Shown: positions 28,149-37,851 of the stretch, in pieces
Position numbering within the stretch: the first letter of the stretch is position 1
Layout of the letters: each line of letters starts with the position of its first letter
Assembly: GCA_009693575.1 (NCBI GenBank)
Contig: SHWZ01000001.1
Coordinates: 26,095-90,094, forward strand
Direction: 5' to 3'
From: Flavobacteriaceae bacterium
GTDB lineage: Bacteria > Bacteroidota > Bacteroidia > UKL13-3
DNA: 64,000 nt
Notes under the pieces: model-generated
Told to the model about the DNA's origin: nothing
What the model saw: the letters and a program-made list of their open reading frames with translations, nothing else
Database searches by the model: none
Program-made: the position numbers and the translations under genes

Positions 28149-29375
28149 TTATCCCATTTGGGTCGCAATGCTATTTCCTGCTAACCAGCCTGTGCTCCAA
28201 GCCGCCTGAAAGTTGAAGCCGCCCGTCACACCGTCAATGTCTAGTATCTCTCCAGCGAAAAACAATCGCGGCACCTTTTTACTTTGCATGGTTTTCATGT
28301 CCACTTCGTTCAATGGAATACCACCCGCAGTTACAAATTCTTCTTTGAACGTGCTTTTACCTTTGACTTCAAATGTGCAACGATAAAGTAATTGGACTAA
28401 TTTGTTGAGGTCTAATTTTCCTATTTCGGCACATAGCTTTTCGGCAAAAATATTTGCTCTATATAAAAGGTATTGCCAAAAATTGCTTGGTAGGTTTGAA
28501 ATTTTCACATTGGTAATTTTGGTTTTACTTTTCTCTAAAAATTCTTTCTTCAAAAGCTCTCGGGTTTGTTCTTCAGTTAAGTTGAGCCAGTTCACACAAA
28601 TTTCAAATTCATAATTGCAATCGAAAAGTTCACGGGCAGCCCAAGCCGATGTTTTCAAAATGGCTGGGCCACTTAGCCCCCAATGTGTAATCAAAATAGC
28701 TCCTTGATGCTTTTGTCTTACAGAAGGAATCCGCACTTCTACATTTTTGAATGACACCCCACTCAGTTTGTGAATTTCCTTGTCAGGAATATTAAATGTA
28801 AAGAGTGATGGCACTGGTTCTTTTGCGGTATGTCCAAGTCGTTTTATGAAATCGTATTGCTCCATTTTTGGAAAACCACCGCAGGCAATTACAAGGTAGT
28901 CGGCTTCCAAATCGTTGCGGTTTGTCTTCAACAAAAATTTCCCATCAACGGTCAATATTTCTTTTACAGAAATAGAATCGCACAATTTTACACCACTATT
29001 TCTCGCCGCTTCATTCAAACACTCTATAATGGTATCCGAAGAATTGCTTTGTGGAAACATCCGTCCATCTGCTTCAGTTTTCAAGGATACTCCGCGAGAG
29101 TTGTACCATGCTATTGTATCAGCTACTGCAAATCGTGCAAATACGTTTAGTAGTCCCTTTTCGCCCCTCGGGTAGTGCTTTAGTAATTCAGGTACTGCTA
29201 TACAATCATTTGTGACATTGCATCTGCCGCCACCTGATACTTTTACTTTAGAGAGAAATCGACTATGCCTTTCTATAATGCTTACATTTAAGTCAGAATT
29301 TTGGCTGGCACAAGTAATTGCAGCCATAAATCCGGCAGCACCACCTCCAATTACAACCACATTTTTTTTTATCAT
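28149..29375 (-). CDS. NAD(P)/FAD-dependent oxidoreductase, HI0933/BaiN-like flavoprotein family
   Basis: N-terminal VVVIGGGAAGFMAAI dinucleotide-binding motif. About 408 aa, typical of the HI0933-like family. Confidence 0.75.
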   Translation of the reverse strand: MIKKNVVVIGGGAAGFMAAITCASQNSDLNVSIIERHSRFLSKVKVSGGGRCNVTNDCIAVPELLKHYPRGEKGLLNVFARFAVADTIAWYNSRGVSLKTEADGRMFPQSNSSDTIIECLNEAARNSGVKLCDSISVKEILTVDGKFLLKTNRNDLEADYLVIACGGFPKMEQYDFIKRLGHTAKEPVPSLFTFNIPDKEIHKLSGVSFKNVEVRIPSVRQKHQGAILITHWGLSGPAILKTSAWAARELFDCNYEFEICVNWLNLTEEQTRELLKKEFLEKSKTKITNVKISNLPSNFWQYLLYRANIFAEKLCAEIGKLDLNKLVQLLYRCTFEVKGKSTFKEEFVTAGGIPLNEVDMKTMQSKKVPRLFFAGEILDIDGVTGGFNFQAAWSTGWLAGNSIATQMG

Positions 29376-29546
29376 AGAAATAGCAACTTGAATTCAATAA
29401 GCAATAGAACCAAAAAGGCTATACGAAAAAGATTTATACATTCAATGGTATTATTATTACCTCACAAAGAAACGGTAAAACCGATCAAAGGGTTTATCCT
29501 ACTTTTGCTGACAATTTTAGTAAACATACAAAACCTATATACAAAA

Positions 29547-30323
29547 ATGTACAACAACCTACTCACCGAAAACCGTGAAAGAATTTTAATCATCACCATC
29601 AACCGCGAAACAAAACTGAATGCACTTAATCTGGAAACTCTTTCTGAAATAAAAGCAGTAATCGCATCTGCACAAACTGATGAAGCTGTTTCAGGAATCA
29701 TCATCACTGGAGCCGGAGAAAAAGCATTTGTTGCAGGAGCTGACATAGCAGAATTCGCAAATTTTTCGGAAGCAGAAGGAACCAATATGGCGAAAAACGG
29801 ACACGACATTTTCTTCTCCATTGAGCAATCGTTGAAACCCGTAATTGCTGCTGTGAATGGCTTTGCACTCGGGGGAGGCTGCGAGTTGGCAATGGCCTGT
29901 CACATGCGTGTGGCAAGTGACAACGCAAAGTTTGGACAGCCAGAAGTGAGCCTAGGCATTATACCAGGATATGCAGGAACGCAACGGTTGATTCAACTTG
30001 TTGGAAAAGGGAAAGCACTTGAACTATTAATGACAGCCGATTTGATTTCGGCACACGAGGCACATCAACTTGGTTTAGTAAATCATGTAACCACTCCCGA
30101 TGAACTTATGAATAAATGTATCGAAATCACGAATAAGATAAAATCAAAATCACCTATTGCAATAGCTGCCGTCATCAAATGTGTGAATACACAGTTTACC
30201 AAAGACCAACCTGGCTTCGACAAAGAGGTTGAGTTGTTTGGAAAATCATTTGCTACTGAAGATTTCAAAGAAGGAACAACTGCATTTATGGAAAAAAGAA
30301 AAACAGTTTTTACTGGAAAATAA
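29547..30323 (+). CDS. Enoyl-CoA hydratase/isomerase (crotonase) family protein
   Basis: True start MYNNLLTENRERILIITINRETKLNALN; the tool ORF begins 82 codons upstream and overlaps the divergent gene. Crotonase motifs ITGAGEKAFVAGADI and oxyanion-hole GGGCELAMACH. Confidence 0.85.
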   Translation: MYNNLLTENRERILIITINRETKLNALNLETLSEIKAVIASAQTDEAVSGIIITGAGEKAFVAGADIAEFANFSEAEGTNMAKNGHDIFFSIEQSLKPVIAAVNGFALGGGCELAMACHMRVASDNAKFGQPEVSLGIIPGYAGTQRLIQLVGKGKALELLMTADLISAHEAHQLGLVNHVTTPDELMNKCIEITNKIKSKSPIAIAAVIKCVNTQFTKDQPGFDKEVELFGKSFATEDFKEGTTAFMEKRKTVFTGK

Positions 30324-30823
30324 TTTCATTTTTATTCACTTATAAAAGTGGTCGACAAATATTGCATGACATTTTTTTTTGCATTTTGAATAAGTTTTTT
30401 TTTTTTTTTCAGTATAAGTATACAAATTTATCCACACACTTTTTGTAATTTACTTCTAATTTATTTTTTTAAATATATAATTTAAATTCAAGGTTGATAA
30501 TTGCATGTTCTTTTTTCTATTACTTTACCACACTTTCTGTTGATAGCAGTAAAATCAATTGTTTTCATCCGTTGTATATTCAAATTTATTTTGTTTGGCG
30601 TATAAAATATTCAAAGTATATCCAACATTTTTGAGGTTGAATGTATTTTGTTTTTGCTTTTTTGTGGTACTTTTTTTTGTGTGGATAAGTTAAACCATTT
30701 TTCTATACATATAACCAACGATGGTAAAAAGTAGTTTTTATTTGCATCGTGATTCTGAGGCACTCCAAAATAAAAATGCACGGAGCACACAACTAAAAAA
30801 CTAAACCTTAAACAAAAACAACA

Positions 30824-31444
30824 ATGGCAAAATCAACCAAACCTGCAGCTAAAAAAGCTGCACCAAAGAAAGCCGCTGCTAAACCTGCAGCTAAGAAAGC
30901 TGCTCCAAAGAAAGCTGCAGCTAAGAAAGCCGCTCCAAAGAAAGCCGCTGCTAAGAAAGCCGCTCCAAAGAAAGCCGCTCCAAAGAAAGCCGCTGCTAAA
31001 AAGGCCGCTCCAAGAAAAGCTGCTGGTAAGCCAGCTGCTAAGAAAGCTGCTCCAAAGAAAGCTGCCTCTAAACCAGCTGCAAAAAAGGCCGCCGCCAAAA
31101 AACCAGCTGCTAAAAAAGCAGCCGGTGGAGCCAAAAAGGCTGCAAAGAAACCTGCTGCCAAAAAAGCAAAGCCTGCCCGAAAAGCAAAGCCTGCTCGAAA
31201 AGCTCCACAAACTTCTGGTTCAGGCCCACGCCCTGGTAGTTTAGGTTCTCGCATCTTGGGTGCAATCAAAACCGCAGGTAAAAGGCTTTCTTCAAGTGAG
31301 CTTGCCGATAAATTAGCTACACCACAAAAAAGTGCTGCTAAACTTAAACCGTATCTCAATCTCCAACTGGTGAATATGAAAAAACGCGGTTATGTGACCG
31401 CTTTGAGAAACGGGCGTAAGTACATGTACGGAGCTGGCAAATGA
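30824..31444 (+). CDS. Histone H1-like basic protein with KAAPKKAAAK tandem repeats and a non-repetitive C-terminal domain
   Basis: 206 aa. About 125 aa of AAKKAAPKK-type repeats, then a unique basic 70-aa C-terminus (ILGAIKTAGKRLSSSELADKLA...KRGYVTALRNGRKYMYGAGK). Preceded by a 490-bp AT-rich region. Confidence 0.7.
   Translation: MAKSTKPAAKKAAPKKAAAKPAAKKAAPKKAAAKKAAPKKAAAKKAAPKKAAPKKAAAKKAAPRKAAGKPAAKKAAPKKAASKPAAKKAAAKKPAAKKAAGGAKKAAKKPAAKKAKPARKAKPARKAPQTSGSGPRPGSLGSRILGAIKTAGKRLSSSELADKLATPQKSAAKLKPYLNLQLVNMKKRGYVTALRNGRKYMYGAGK
30840..31200. repeat. Coding tandem repeat (15/30-nt period, AAG-GCN-GCT-CCA-AAG units) inside the H1-like gene
   Basis: aagaaagccgctccaaagaaagccgctgctaag is repeated many times. 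It generates a mirror-image spurious ORF on the minus strand (30808..31359, AAFLAA repeats). Confidence 0.7.
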
Positions 31445-31465
31445 TAAATTGAATTCAAAAGGAAA

Positions 31466-31493
31466 AGGCAGGTGAATAACCTGCCTTTTTTTT
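31466..31493. terminator. Bidirectional rho-independent terminator between convergent genes
   Basis: aaggcaggt-gaataa-cctgcc stem-loop followed by T8, with an A-run on the other side. Confidence 0.6.
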
Positions 31494-32895
31494 ATGGTTT
31501 CTTTGGAACAATATCAATCACAGAAAACTTCTCAACTACGACTTCTCCAATATGCCTGTTTTTAGATTTGCGAATATATTTCGCTTCGGTGTACAATACT
31601 GGCACAAGGCTACTGTTGCGAGCTTTTGAATACCATGCAGCATAAGAGGCAGCTTGTTCTAATACACTATTGGGTATAGGTTTTTTGCTTCCATTTTTTA
31701 TAAGCACATGCGACCCGGCGATACTTTGGGCAGCATGTAGCCATATATCATTTTTGTGTGCAAATCGAAATGAAAGTTCTTCGTTGCTCCCAGCATTTTT
31801 TCCAATGAAAATAAGAAAGCCATCTTTCTCGTATTTGTAGAATTTATCCTCAGCTACTATTTTTTTTCGTTCAGTTTTTCCGATTTTTTTTTTAAGAGCT
31901 AAATCTCCTAGTTGCATGTCTTGAAATTTAATAATTTCGGATCGAAGATGCTGCAATTTATTTTTTGCTGACAAGACTATTTCATTCAATTTTTCAATTT
32001 CCTTAATTCGATTTTTTGTTCTGCGGTAAAGTTTTTCTGCATGTTCCTGCGGTGATTCATTTTCTAAAAATTCAACTGTTATTAATGTGTCAGAATAGAA
32101 ATTATGTATGGTGGCTGAACTGCTTCCAGGCTTTATATCGTGTAGGTTAGCCATCACTACATCCGCAATTTCTTTGAGTGGTCTTTCATGTTGAAGTTGA
32201 TGCAGTCGATCACTTGATTTTGTTACTTGTTGCTCATTTTTTTTTATTTCCTTTTGCAAAACAGATAGTTCATTTTTTTTGTAGAGCTCGAACGAATCAA
32301 GTTTCAAAAATTCGCTTGCATACCTATCTAGTGCCTGTAAAATAGTTGGAGTTTCAAATAGGACCTCTTCATTTTGCATTACAACATATGTATCACCAAG
32401 GTCTGAAAAGTGCAACCCTTTTTGCTGGATACTTTTCTTTGCAACTGTGGTAAAATGTTTCGTTAAAAATGTCGTTGGGCTTGTGGCCAAATCTTTTTGG
32501 TGAACAGAAATAAATGTAGAAATTCCAATTTCATTTTGAAACAAGGAAATATTTCCATTGCTACCATAACATTTTATCCAAAGCATAAAACCATTTGAAA
32601 ATTTTAGAAAAAAGCTTCGTTCATTTTTAATCGAAATTACAGCTAACAGTTGCTGATTAAGCAACTCGGAAAATTGCGACAAGTCTTTTGTTTTTTTGTG
32701 CCCAAGTTTTGTCTGAAACAATGTGCCACCTCGTGCATTAAAAATAACCTGCAAGCAGAGAAGCTCTTTTTTATTTCTGAATACTAAAGAGATTTCATTT
32801 TTTGATTTGCTGAAACAATCGGCTAACCAATGTTTGCTGAATTTCTTTTCAATAAAATTGGCGAGAGCATAAATAGTGTCGGAGTGATTGTGCAC
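31492..32895 (-). CDS. NFACT-family protein (RqcH/FbpA-like, C-terminal DUF814/NFACT-R domain)
   Basis: 467 aa. Coiled-coil middle region. C-terminus NDIWLHAAQSIAGSHVLIKNG...VPVLYTEAKYIRK resembles the NFACT-R (DUF814) domain. Confidence 0.5.
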   Translation of the reverse strand: MHNHSDTIYALANFIEKKFSKHWLADCFSKSKNEISLVFRNKKELLCLQVIFNARGGTLFQTKLGHKKTKDLSQFSELLNQQLLAVISIKNERSFFLKFSNGFMLWIKCYGSNGNISLFQNEIGISTFISVHQKDLATSPTTFLTKHFTTVAKKSIQQKGLHFSDLGDTYVVMQNEEVLFETPTILQALDRYASEFLKLDSFELYKKNELSVLQKEIKKNEQQVTKSSDRLHQLQHERPLKEIADVVMANLHDIKPGSSSATIHNFYSDTLITVEFLENESPQEHAEKLYRRTKNRIKEIEKLNEIVLSAKNKLQHLRSEIIKFQDMQLGDLALKKKIGKTERKKIVAEDKFYKYEKDGFLIFIGKNAGSNEELSFRFAHKNDIWLHAAQSIAGSHVLIKNGSKKPIPNSVLEQAASYAAWYSKARNSSLVPVLYTEAKYIRKSKNRHIGEVVVEKFSVIDIVPKKP

Positions 32896-32959
32896 AGGGC
32901 GACAAAAATAGTTACTTGTGAATAGAGAAGGGGGCTACATTTGCAAAAACAAATAGAGA

Positions 32960-33955
32960 ATGTTGAACACCCAACAGATAAACTGGCTGAACATTGGGCT
33001 GATGGTAGTTTCCATGATTTTGGCCTACATCATTCCCTTCGAGCTTTTTTTGCTTTCGTATGCTATCTTAGGACCACTTCACTATCTCACAGAAATTTCA
33101 TGGCTTCAAAAAAACAAGTTTTATGTACCTGGAAAATTTGACCCCTGGTTTTTGGCTGTGCTTGGGTTGATAGTTAGTTTGATAGTCTGGAAATACGTGG
33201 CCTACCAAGAAACGGTTGACAACATCAACTATATTGCTTTACTCTCTGGTCTGTGTATGATTTTTTTCAAAGACAAGAGACTCAGGACTGGTTCCATCAT
33301 TGCTGTTTGCCTTTCAAGTTTCTTGTTTGAACCGGGCACACTTGGCATAAGTTCGTACTACCTTTTCAATAGTTTTTTTGTTATCTTTTTGCCAACGCTC
33401 ATTCACGTGTATTTGTTTACGGGCTTTTTCATAATCTATGGAGCAATGAAAAGTAAAAGTTCGACTGGCTATCTTTCTGTTATTGTGTTTGTATTGTGCG
33501 GGCTCAGCTTCTTTTTTGTTGGCACGGATTGGGATTCCATAGTAACGGAAAAAGGAAAAAAAATTTACTCCATTTTTGCTGGGATTAATACAGAAATTCT
33601 TTTATTTTTTAATGTAGATGGAGTACAGAGAACTACTGATTATGTATTCGGCTCGCAAGCTTCGGTGGTGCTTACCCGCTTTATTGGATTTGCATACACA
33701 TATCATTATCTCAACTGGTTTTCCAAAACAAGTATCATCAAATGGCATCAGATTTCCAAAAATAGGTTCGCTATTATTTTGTTCATGTGGGTGCTTTCGG
33801 TGTATGTTTATTTTGTGAATTACAAACTTGGATTACAGTACCTTTATTTTCTCAGTATTGTGCATGTGTTTCTAGAGTTTCCGCTCAATTTTAGAAGTAT
33901 GGGGGGTATTGGAACTGAACTTGGAAAACGACTCAAAATAGTCAAAGCATCTTGA
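32960..33955 (+). CDS. Hypothetical polytopic membrane protein
   Basis: 331 aa, about 9 TM segments. Its stop overlaps the start of the rhomboid gene by 4 nt. Confidence 0.5.
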   Translation: MLNTQQINWLNIGLMVVSMILAYIIPFELFLLSYAILGPLHYLTEISWLQKNKFYVPGKFDPWFLAVLGLIVSLIVWKYVAYQETVDNINYIALLSGLCMIFFKDKRLRTGSIIAVCLSSFLFEPGTLGISSYYLFNSFFVIFLPTLIHVYLFTGFFIIYGAMKSKSSTGYLSVIVFVLCGLSFFFVGTDWDSIVTEKGKKIYSIFAGINTEILLFFNVDGVQRTTDYVFGSQASVVLTRFIGFAYTYHYLNWFSKTSIIKWHQISKNRFAIILFMWVLSVYVYFVNYKLGLQYLYFLSIVHVFLEFPLNFRSMGGIGTELGKRLKIVKAS

Positions 33956-34587
33956 CAGTTTCTATAACCTTCATTATTCTAGCTGCAACAGTGTATGTCA
34001 GCTATGTGGCATTTCAGCAAACGGATGTTTTCAATCGTTTTGTTTTCAATCCATACACCATTTCACGTAGAAAAGAATGGTACCGATTTGTGAGTTGTGC
34101 CTTACTTCATGCCGACTACATGCACCTTGCAGTGAACATGATTGTTTTCTATTCTTTTGGAAGATATGTGGAGCGTGAATACCATGAATATTTCGGGCAG
34201 CTTGGCAGTTTCTATTTTATCGGATTGTATGTGTTTGGGGCGGCGTTTGCCAATATTGCATCCTACTTTAAGCACCGTCATAATGCAGGTTACAATGCAG
34301 TGGGGGCTTCAGGGGCAGTGAGTGCGGTCACGTTTGCATCCATCGTGTTCAGCCCTTGGGGTGAGATTCTGATTTTTGGAATTTTGCCTTTGTATTCCTT
34401 AGTTTATGGACTCCTTTATTTGGGTGTCGAATATTATCTCTCGTGGCAAGATCGTGGCGACCATGTGAACCACGATGCCCATTTTTATGGTGCATTGTTT
34501 GGCATTATTTATACTATGATTTGTAAGCATGGTTTGTACGATAAATTTATTTTCCAGATCACACATCCACCATTTTTGAGTAATTAA
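33952..34587 (+). CDS. Rhomboid family intramembrane serine protease
   Basis: Catalytic GxSG in TM4 (GASGAVSAV) and a His in TM6 (HDAHFYGALFG). 211 aa, 6 TM helices. Confidence 0.75.
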   Translation: MTVSITFIILAATVYVSYVAFQQTDVFNRFVFNPYTISRRKEWYRFVSCALLHADYMHLAVNMIVFYSFGRYVEREYHEYFGQLGSFYFIGLYVFGAAFANIASYFKHRHNAGYNAVGASGAVSAVTFASIVFSPWGEILIFGILPLYSLVYGLLYLGVEYYLSWQDRGDHVNHDAHFYGALFGIIYTMICKHGLYDKFIFQITHPPFLSN

Positions 34588-34591
34588 AATC

Positions 34592-35755
34592 ATGAAAATA
34601 TTTACCCATAAAACCTTTCGGCCAACACGTGTTTTTCAAAATGCCTGGAAATTTTTTGGGCGGGAAAGTTCCTTGGAACTAGATAAAAAATCGAATACTA
34701 CAAGTCCAAACAAGAAAGTACGGCCTTACAATGACCCACCGGTTTCTTTGTACATGTACAACAAAGATCACTTTGAAGAGTTACATAATCTGAGCCTTGA
34801 CGAGGCATTAGAAAAATATGCTGAAGCACTTACAAATCACCGTTGTTGGATAGATGTGGAAGGGCAAGGAGATGCTGCTTTTATAAAAAAAATCGGACAA
34901 TATTTCGGGCTTCACGAATTGGAAGTGGAAGACATGGCTAAACTATATCAGCGGCCAAAGGTAGAAGAGTACGGAGAGCACATTTTTGTTGTGAGCCGCA
35001 TGATTTATTATAGTCAACTTAATGGCAACCTAGTGAATGAGCAAGTTTCTTTTTTTGTGTTTGACAATATCCTTCTAACTGTGCAGGAGGAAAATGAAGA
35101 TGCATTCGAGCCTGTGAGAATAAAACTTCGGAAGGGTGGCACTGCTCTTTGCGAGGCCAATACTTTTCACTTAGCATGGGCCTTGATGGATGCTATTGTC
35201 GATAATTATTTTCCGATACTGGAGCGAATAGGCAACGACCTTGACCGCATAGAAGACGAATTGCTTAACAGACCCAATAAACGCCATCTTACCGAACTTC
35301 AACAAATAAAGCGTGAAGTGTTTTTCTTGCGAAAATCTATTTGGGCTGAGCGGGATAAACTGAACGAATTGCTGCGAAATGAATCTGTACAGATAGACGA
35401 ACGAACCCGCTTGTATTTGCGAGATACTTACGACCACACGGTTCAGATAATGGATATTATTGAAGGCCACAAAGAGATTAGCTACTCGCTAATGGAGATT
35501 TATTTGAGCAGTCAAAATAATCGCATGAGTGAAGTAATGAAAGTGCTCACGGTTATTTCTAGCATTTTTATCCCACTCACTTTTGTTGTTGGGGTGTATG
35601 GTATGAACTTTCAGCCAGCCGACCATCAGGGAAACCCTCTTAATCTGAACATGCCAGAACTCTACTGGCCACATGGCTACCTTATCGTCATGGCTATTAT
35701 GTTGGCTATTGCTTTGGGGCAGATTTTATTTTTCAGAAAAAAAGGATGGCTATAG
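34592..35755 (+). CDS. corA: Magnesium/cobalt transporter CorA
   Basis: Soluble N-terminal domain plus two C-terminal TM helices carrying the YGMNF signature (VYGMNFQ). Confidence 0.85.
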   Translation: MKIFTHKTFRPTRVFQNAWKFFGRESSLELDKKSNTTSPNKKVRPYNDPPVSLYMYNKDHFEELHNLSLDEALEKYAEALTNHRCWIDVEGQGDAAFIKKIGQYFGLHELEVEDMAKLYQRPKVEEYGEHIFVVSRMIYYSQLNGNLVNEQVSFFVFDNILLTVQEENEDAFEPVRIKLRKGGTALCEANTFHLAWALMDAIVDNYFPILERIGNDLDRIEDELLNRPNKRHLTELQQIKREVFFLRKSIWAERDKLNELLRNESVQIDERTRLYLRDTYDHTVQIMDIIEGHKEISYSLMEIYLSSQNNRMSEVMKVLTVISSIFIPLTFVVGVYGMNFQPADHQGNPLNLNMPELYWPHGYLIVMAIMLAIALGQILFFRKKGWL

Positions 35756-35846
35756 GCTCAATAGCTGATTGCTTTATTTTTACTATTATTTGTACTATTT
35801 AGAAACCTAACTTACTTTTGCACTCGAAATAAATAAAACCAAACAA

Positions 35847-36767
35847 ATGAATAAAAAATTCACATCCATTCTTTCATTAACGATTTTAGTAGCTGCTATT
35901 TCTTTCATAAGCAGTTGCAAACCTAAAACAGAGGCCCCAACCATAACCCTAAGCGAAGGCTTATCTGGGAATGCTGCTATCTACAGCAATCTCACTTTCG
36001 ACATCGTGATGAACTCTGATGCCAACGCAGAACTGAAAACACTTACCATAACCAAAAAGATTGCCGGCGTTGATGATGTAACTACTAAGAACCTTTCAGG
36101 TGTTAGCTATATTTTTCCGTTTATTGATACCATTAAGCCAGGAGCTACGCTCATTGAATACACTTTTATGGTGACAGACAATCAGAACATGACAGACACG
36201 AAGACATTCACACTAACAGTTACTACTCCTGCCAGTTGGGGAATGGTAGATGAGCGTGATGGATCGCCGATTGATAACCAATTCAGTGGAAGGCAGTTTT
36301 GGTGCTTTACCAATCCTTCATCTCTTTTTACCAATAATATGAATATTAACGAAGCCAAAGAAAACTATGCAATTGTAGATTTTTGCTACGGCTCAAGAGG
36401 TTCAGCTAACGGAGCGAATTTTATAGCAGCCCCTAGTTCGTCTGATGCAAAGATTATTTATGATAATACTGGAAATGACAAACTCTCCACTTGGAAAAAG
36501 CTAAATCCCACACAATTCAAATTAACTACACTTACAGGTGCTGATTGGGCGGGCATCACCAACGACTCAACTATACTCGCCAACACTGCTTTTGGCATGT
36601 CAAACCAAGTTTTGAATTTGAACAAGCAAGGTGGTCAAATCTTGTCTTTTGTGTTGGTGAATGGTAAGAAGGGACTTATCAAGACAACCTGGGCTCAAGG
36701 TTCCTATGAGCCCTATCCAGTTGGAACACTTGGTACACTCGTATGGAAATTCAAAATCCAGCAGTAA
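35847..36767 (+). CDS. Hypothetical lipoprotein
   Basis: Signal peptide plus lipobox (ISFISSCKP). Thr/Asn-rich beta-type sequence. No recognised domain. Confidence 0.5.
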   Translation: MNKKFTSILSLTILVAAISFISSCKPKTEAPTITLSEGLSGNAAIYSNLTFDIVMNSDANAELKTLTITKKIAGVDDVTTKNLSGVSYIFPFIDTIKPGATLIEYTFMVTDNQNMTDTKTFTLTVTTPASWGMVDERDGSPIDNQFSGRQFWCFTNPSSLFTNNMNINEAKENYAIVDFCYGSRGSANGANFIAAPSSSDAKIIYDNTGNDKLSTWKKLNPTQFKLTTLTGADWAGITNDSTILANTAFGMSNQVLNLNKQGGQILSFVLVNGKKGLIKTTWAQGSYEPYPVGTLGTLVWKFKIQQ

Positions 36768-36794
36768 AATTTAATAAGAAATAAATAAATAAAA

Positions 36795-36820
36795 GGGCAG
36801 CCTCAGGGTTGCCTTTTTTA
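36795..36820 (+). terminator. Rho-independent terminator
   Basis: gggcagcc-tcag-ggttgcc stem (one G-U pair) followed by T6, directly before pfkA. Confidence 0.5.
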
Positions 36821-36830
36821 TTTTTGTAAC

Positions 36831-37799
36831 ATGAAAAAAATAGCAGTTTTTACTAGTGGGGGCGATGCCCCCGGAATGAATGCCGCTATACGTTCAGCAG
36901 TTCGTACTGCTTTGTATCATGGGGTCGAAATTTGTGGCATAATGGGAGGCTATCAAGGGTTGATTGATGGTAACATTATAGAGATGAATAGTCAATCAGT
37001 GGCTAATATAATTCAACGTGGCGGCACCATCCTTAAGACTAGTCGAAGTGAAGAATTCAGGACAACGGAAGGGAGGGTGAAGGCGGCGGTAAATGTAAAA
37101 AAGTATGGGATTGAAGGACTAGTCGCTATTGGTGGAGATGGCACCTTTACTGGAGCCGAAATTTTTTGCAATGAAACAGGTATTACCGTGATGGGTGTGC
37201 CAGGCACTATAGACAATGATTTGTTTGGTACCGACTATACCATTGGTTTCGACACAGCAGTGAACACAGCAATTGATGCTATCGACAAAATTCGTGATAC
37301 TGCCGATTCGCACAACCGTACTTTTTTTGTAGAGGTAATGGGTCGCCATGCAGGATTTATTGCTATGGATGTAGGCATCTGCGGTGGGGCGGAAGCTATT
37401 TTATTGCCTGATATTCCAACAGACATGGATGAACTTGTGCGATTTTTTACGACTGACAAAAAGAAACAGAAATCCTTCTCAATAGTAGTAGTAGCAGAAG
37501 GTGATGATGCTGGCGGTGCTTTCACAATTGTCGAAAAATTGAAGGTGCTCATCCCTGAATTTGATGCCCGCGTGAGTGTGCTAGGTCATATACAACGTGG
37601 TGGCAAACCAAGTGCCTACGACAGATTGATGGGCTCGCGGTTGGGCAGTGCAGCAGTGGTAGAATTAATAGAAGGAGTGACCAACAAAATGGTTGGCATC
37701 GTGAGCAATGAGCTGATTTTAACATCCTTTCACGAAGCCATCAATCAAAAGAAAAAGGTGGATGTGAGCCTGCTTAAACTGGCGAAAATGTTGGCATGA
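36831..37799 (+). CDS. pfkA: ATP-dependent 6-phosphofructokinase
   Basis: MKKIAVFTSGGDAPGMNAAIR N-terminus, GGDGT and PGTIDND motifs. 322 aa. Confidence 0.9.
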   Translation: MKKIAVFTSGGDAPGMNAAIRSAVRTALYHGVEICGIMGGYQGLIDGNIIEMNSQSVANIIQRGGTILKTSRSEEFRTTEGRVKAAVNVKKYGIEGLVAIGGDGTFTGAEIFCNETGITVMGVPGTIDNDLFGTDYTIGFDTAVNTAIDAIDKIRDTADSHNRTFFVEVMGRHAGFIAMDVGICGGAEAILLPDIPTDMDELVRFFTTDKKKQKSFSIVVVAEGDDAGGAFTIVEKLKVLIPEFDARVSVLGHIQRGGKPSAYDRLMGSRLGSAAVVELIEGVTNKMVGIVSNELILTSFHEAINQKKKVDVSLLKLAKMLA

Positions 37800-37851
37800 G
37801 AAAGGGGAGTTTATGGTTCTTAGTCTGTAGTTACTAATTTGCTTTTATTCG

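Noticed and set aside
29301-29546. N-terminal 82-codon extension of the enoyl-CoA hydratase ORF
   Set aside because: The extension overlaps the divergent flavoprotein gene and precedes the conserved crotonase N-terminus, so the internal ATG at 29547 was chosen.
30808-31359. Minus-strand 183-aa ORF rich in AAFLAA/FFGAAFLAA repeats
   Set aside because: It is a mirror image of the KAAPKK coding repeat on the + strand. The + strand reading has a proper start, a unique C-terminal domain and a terminator, so the antisense ORF is an artefact of the repeat.
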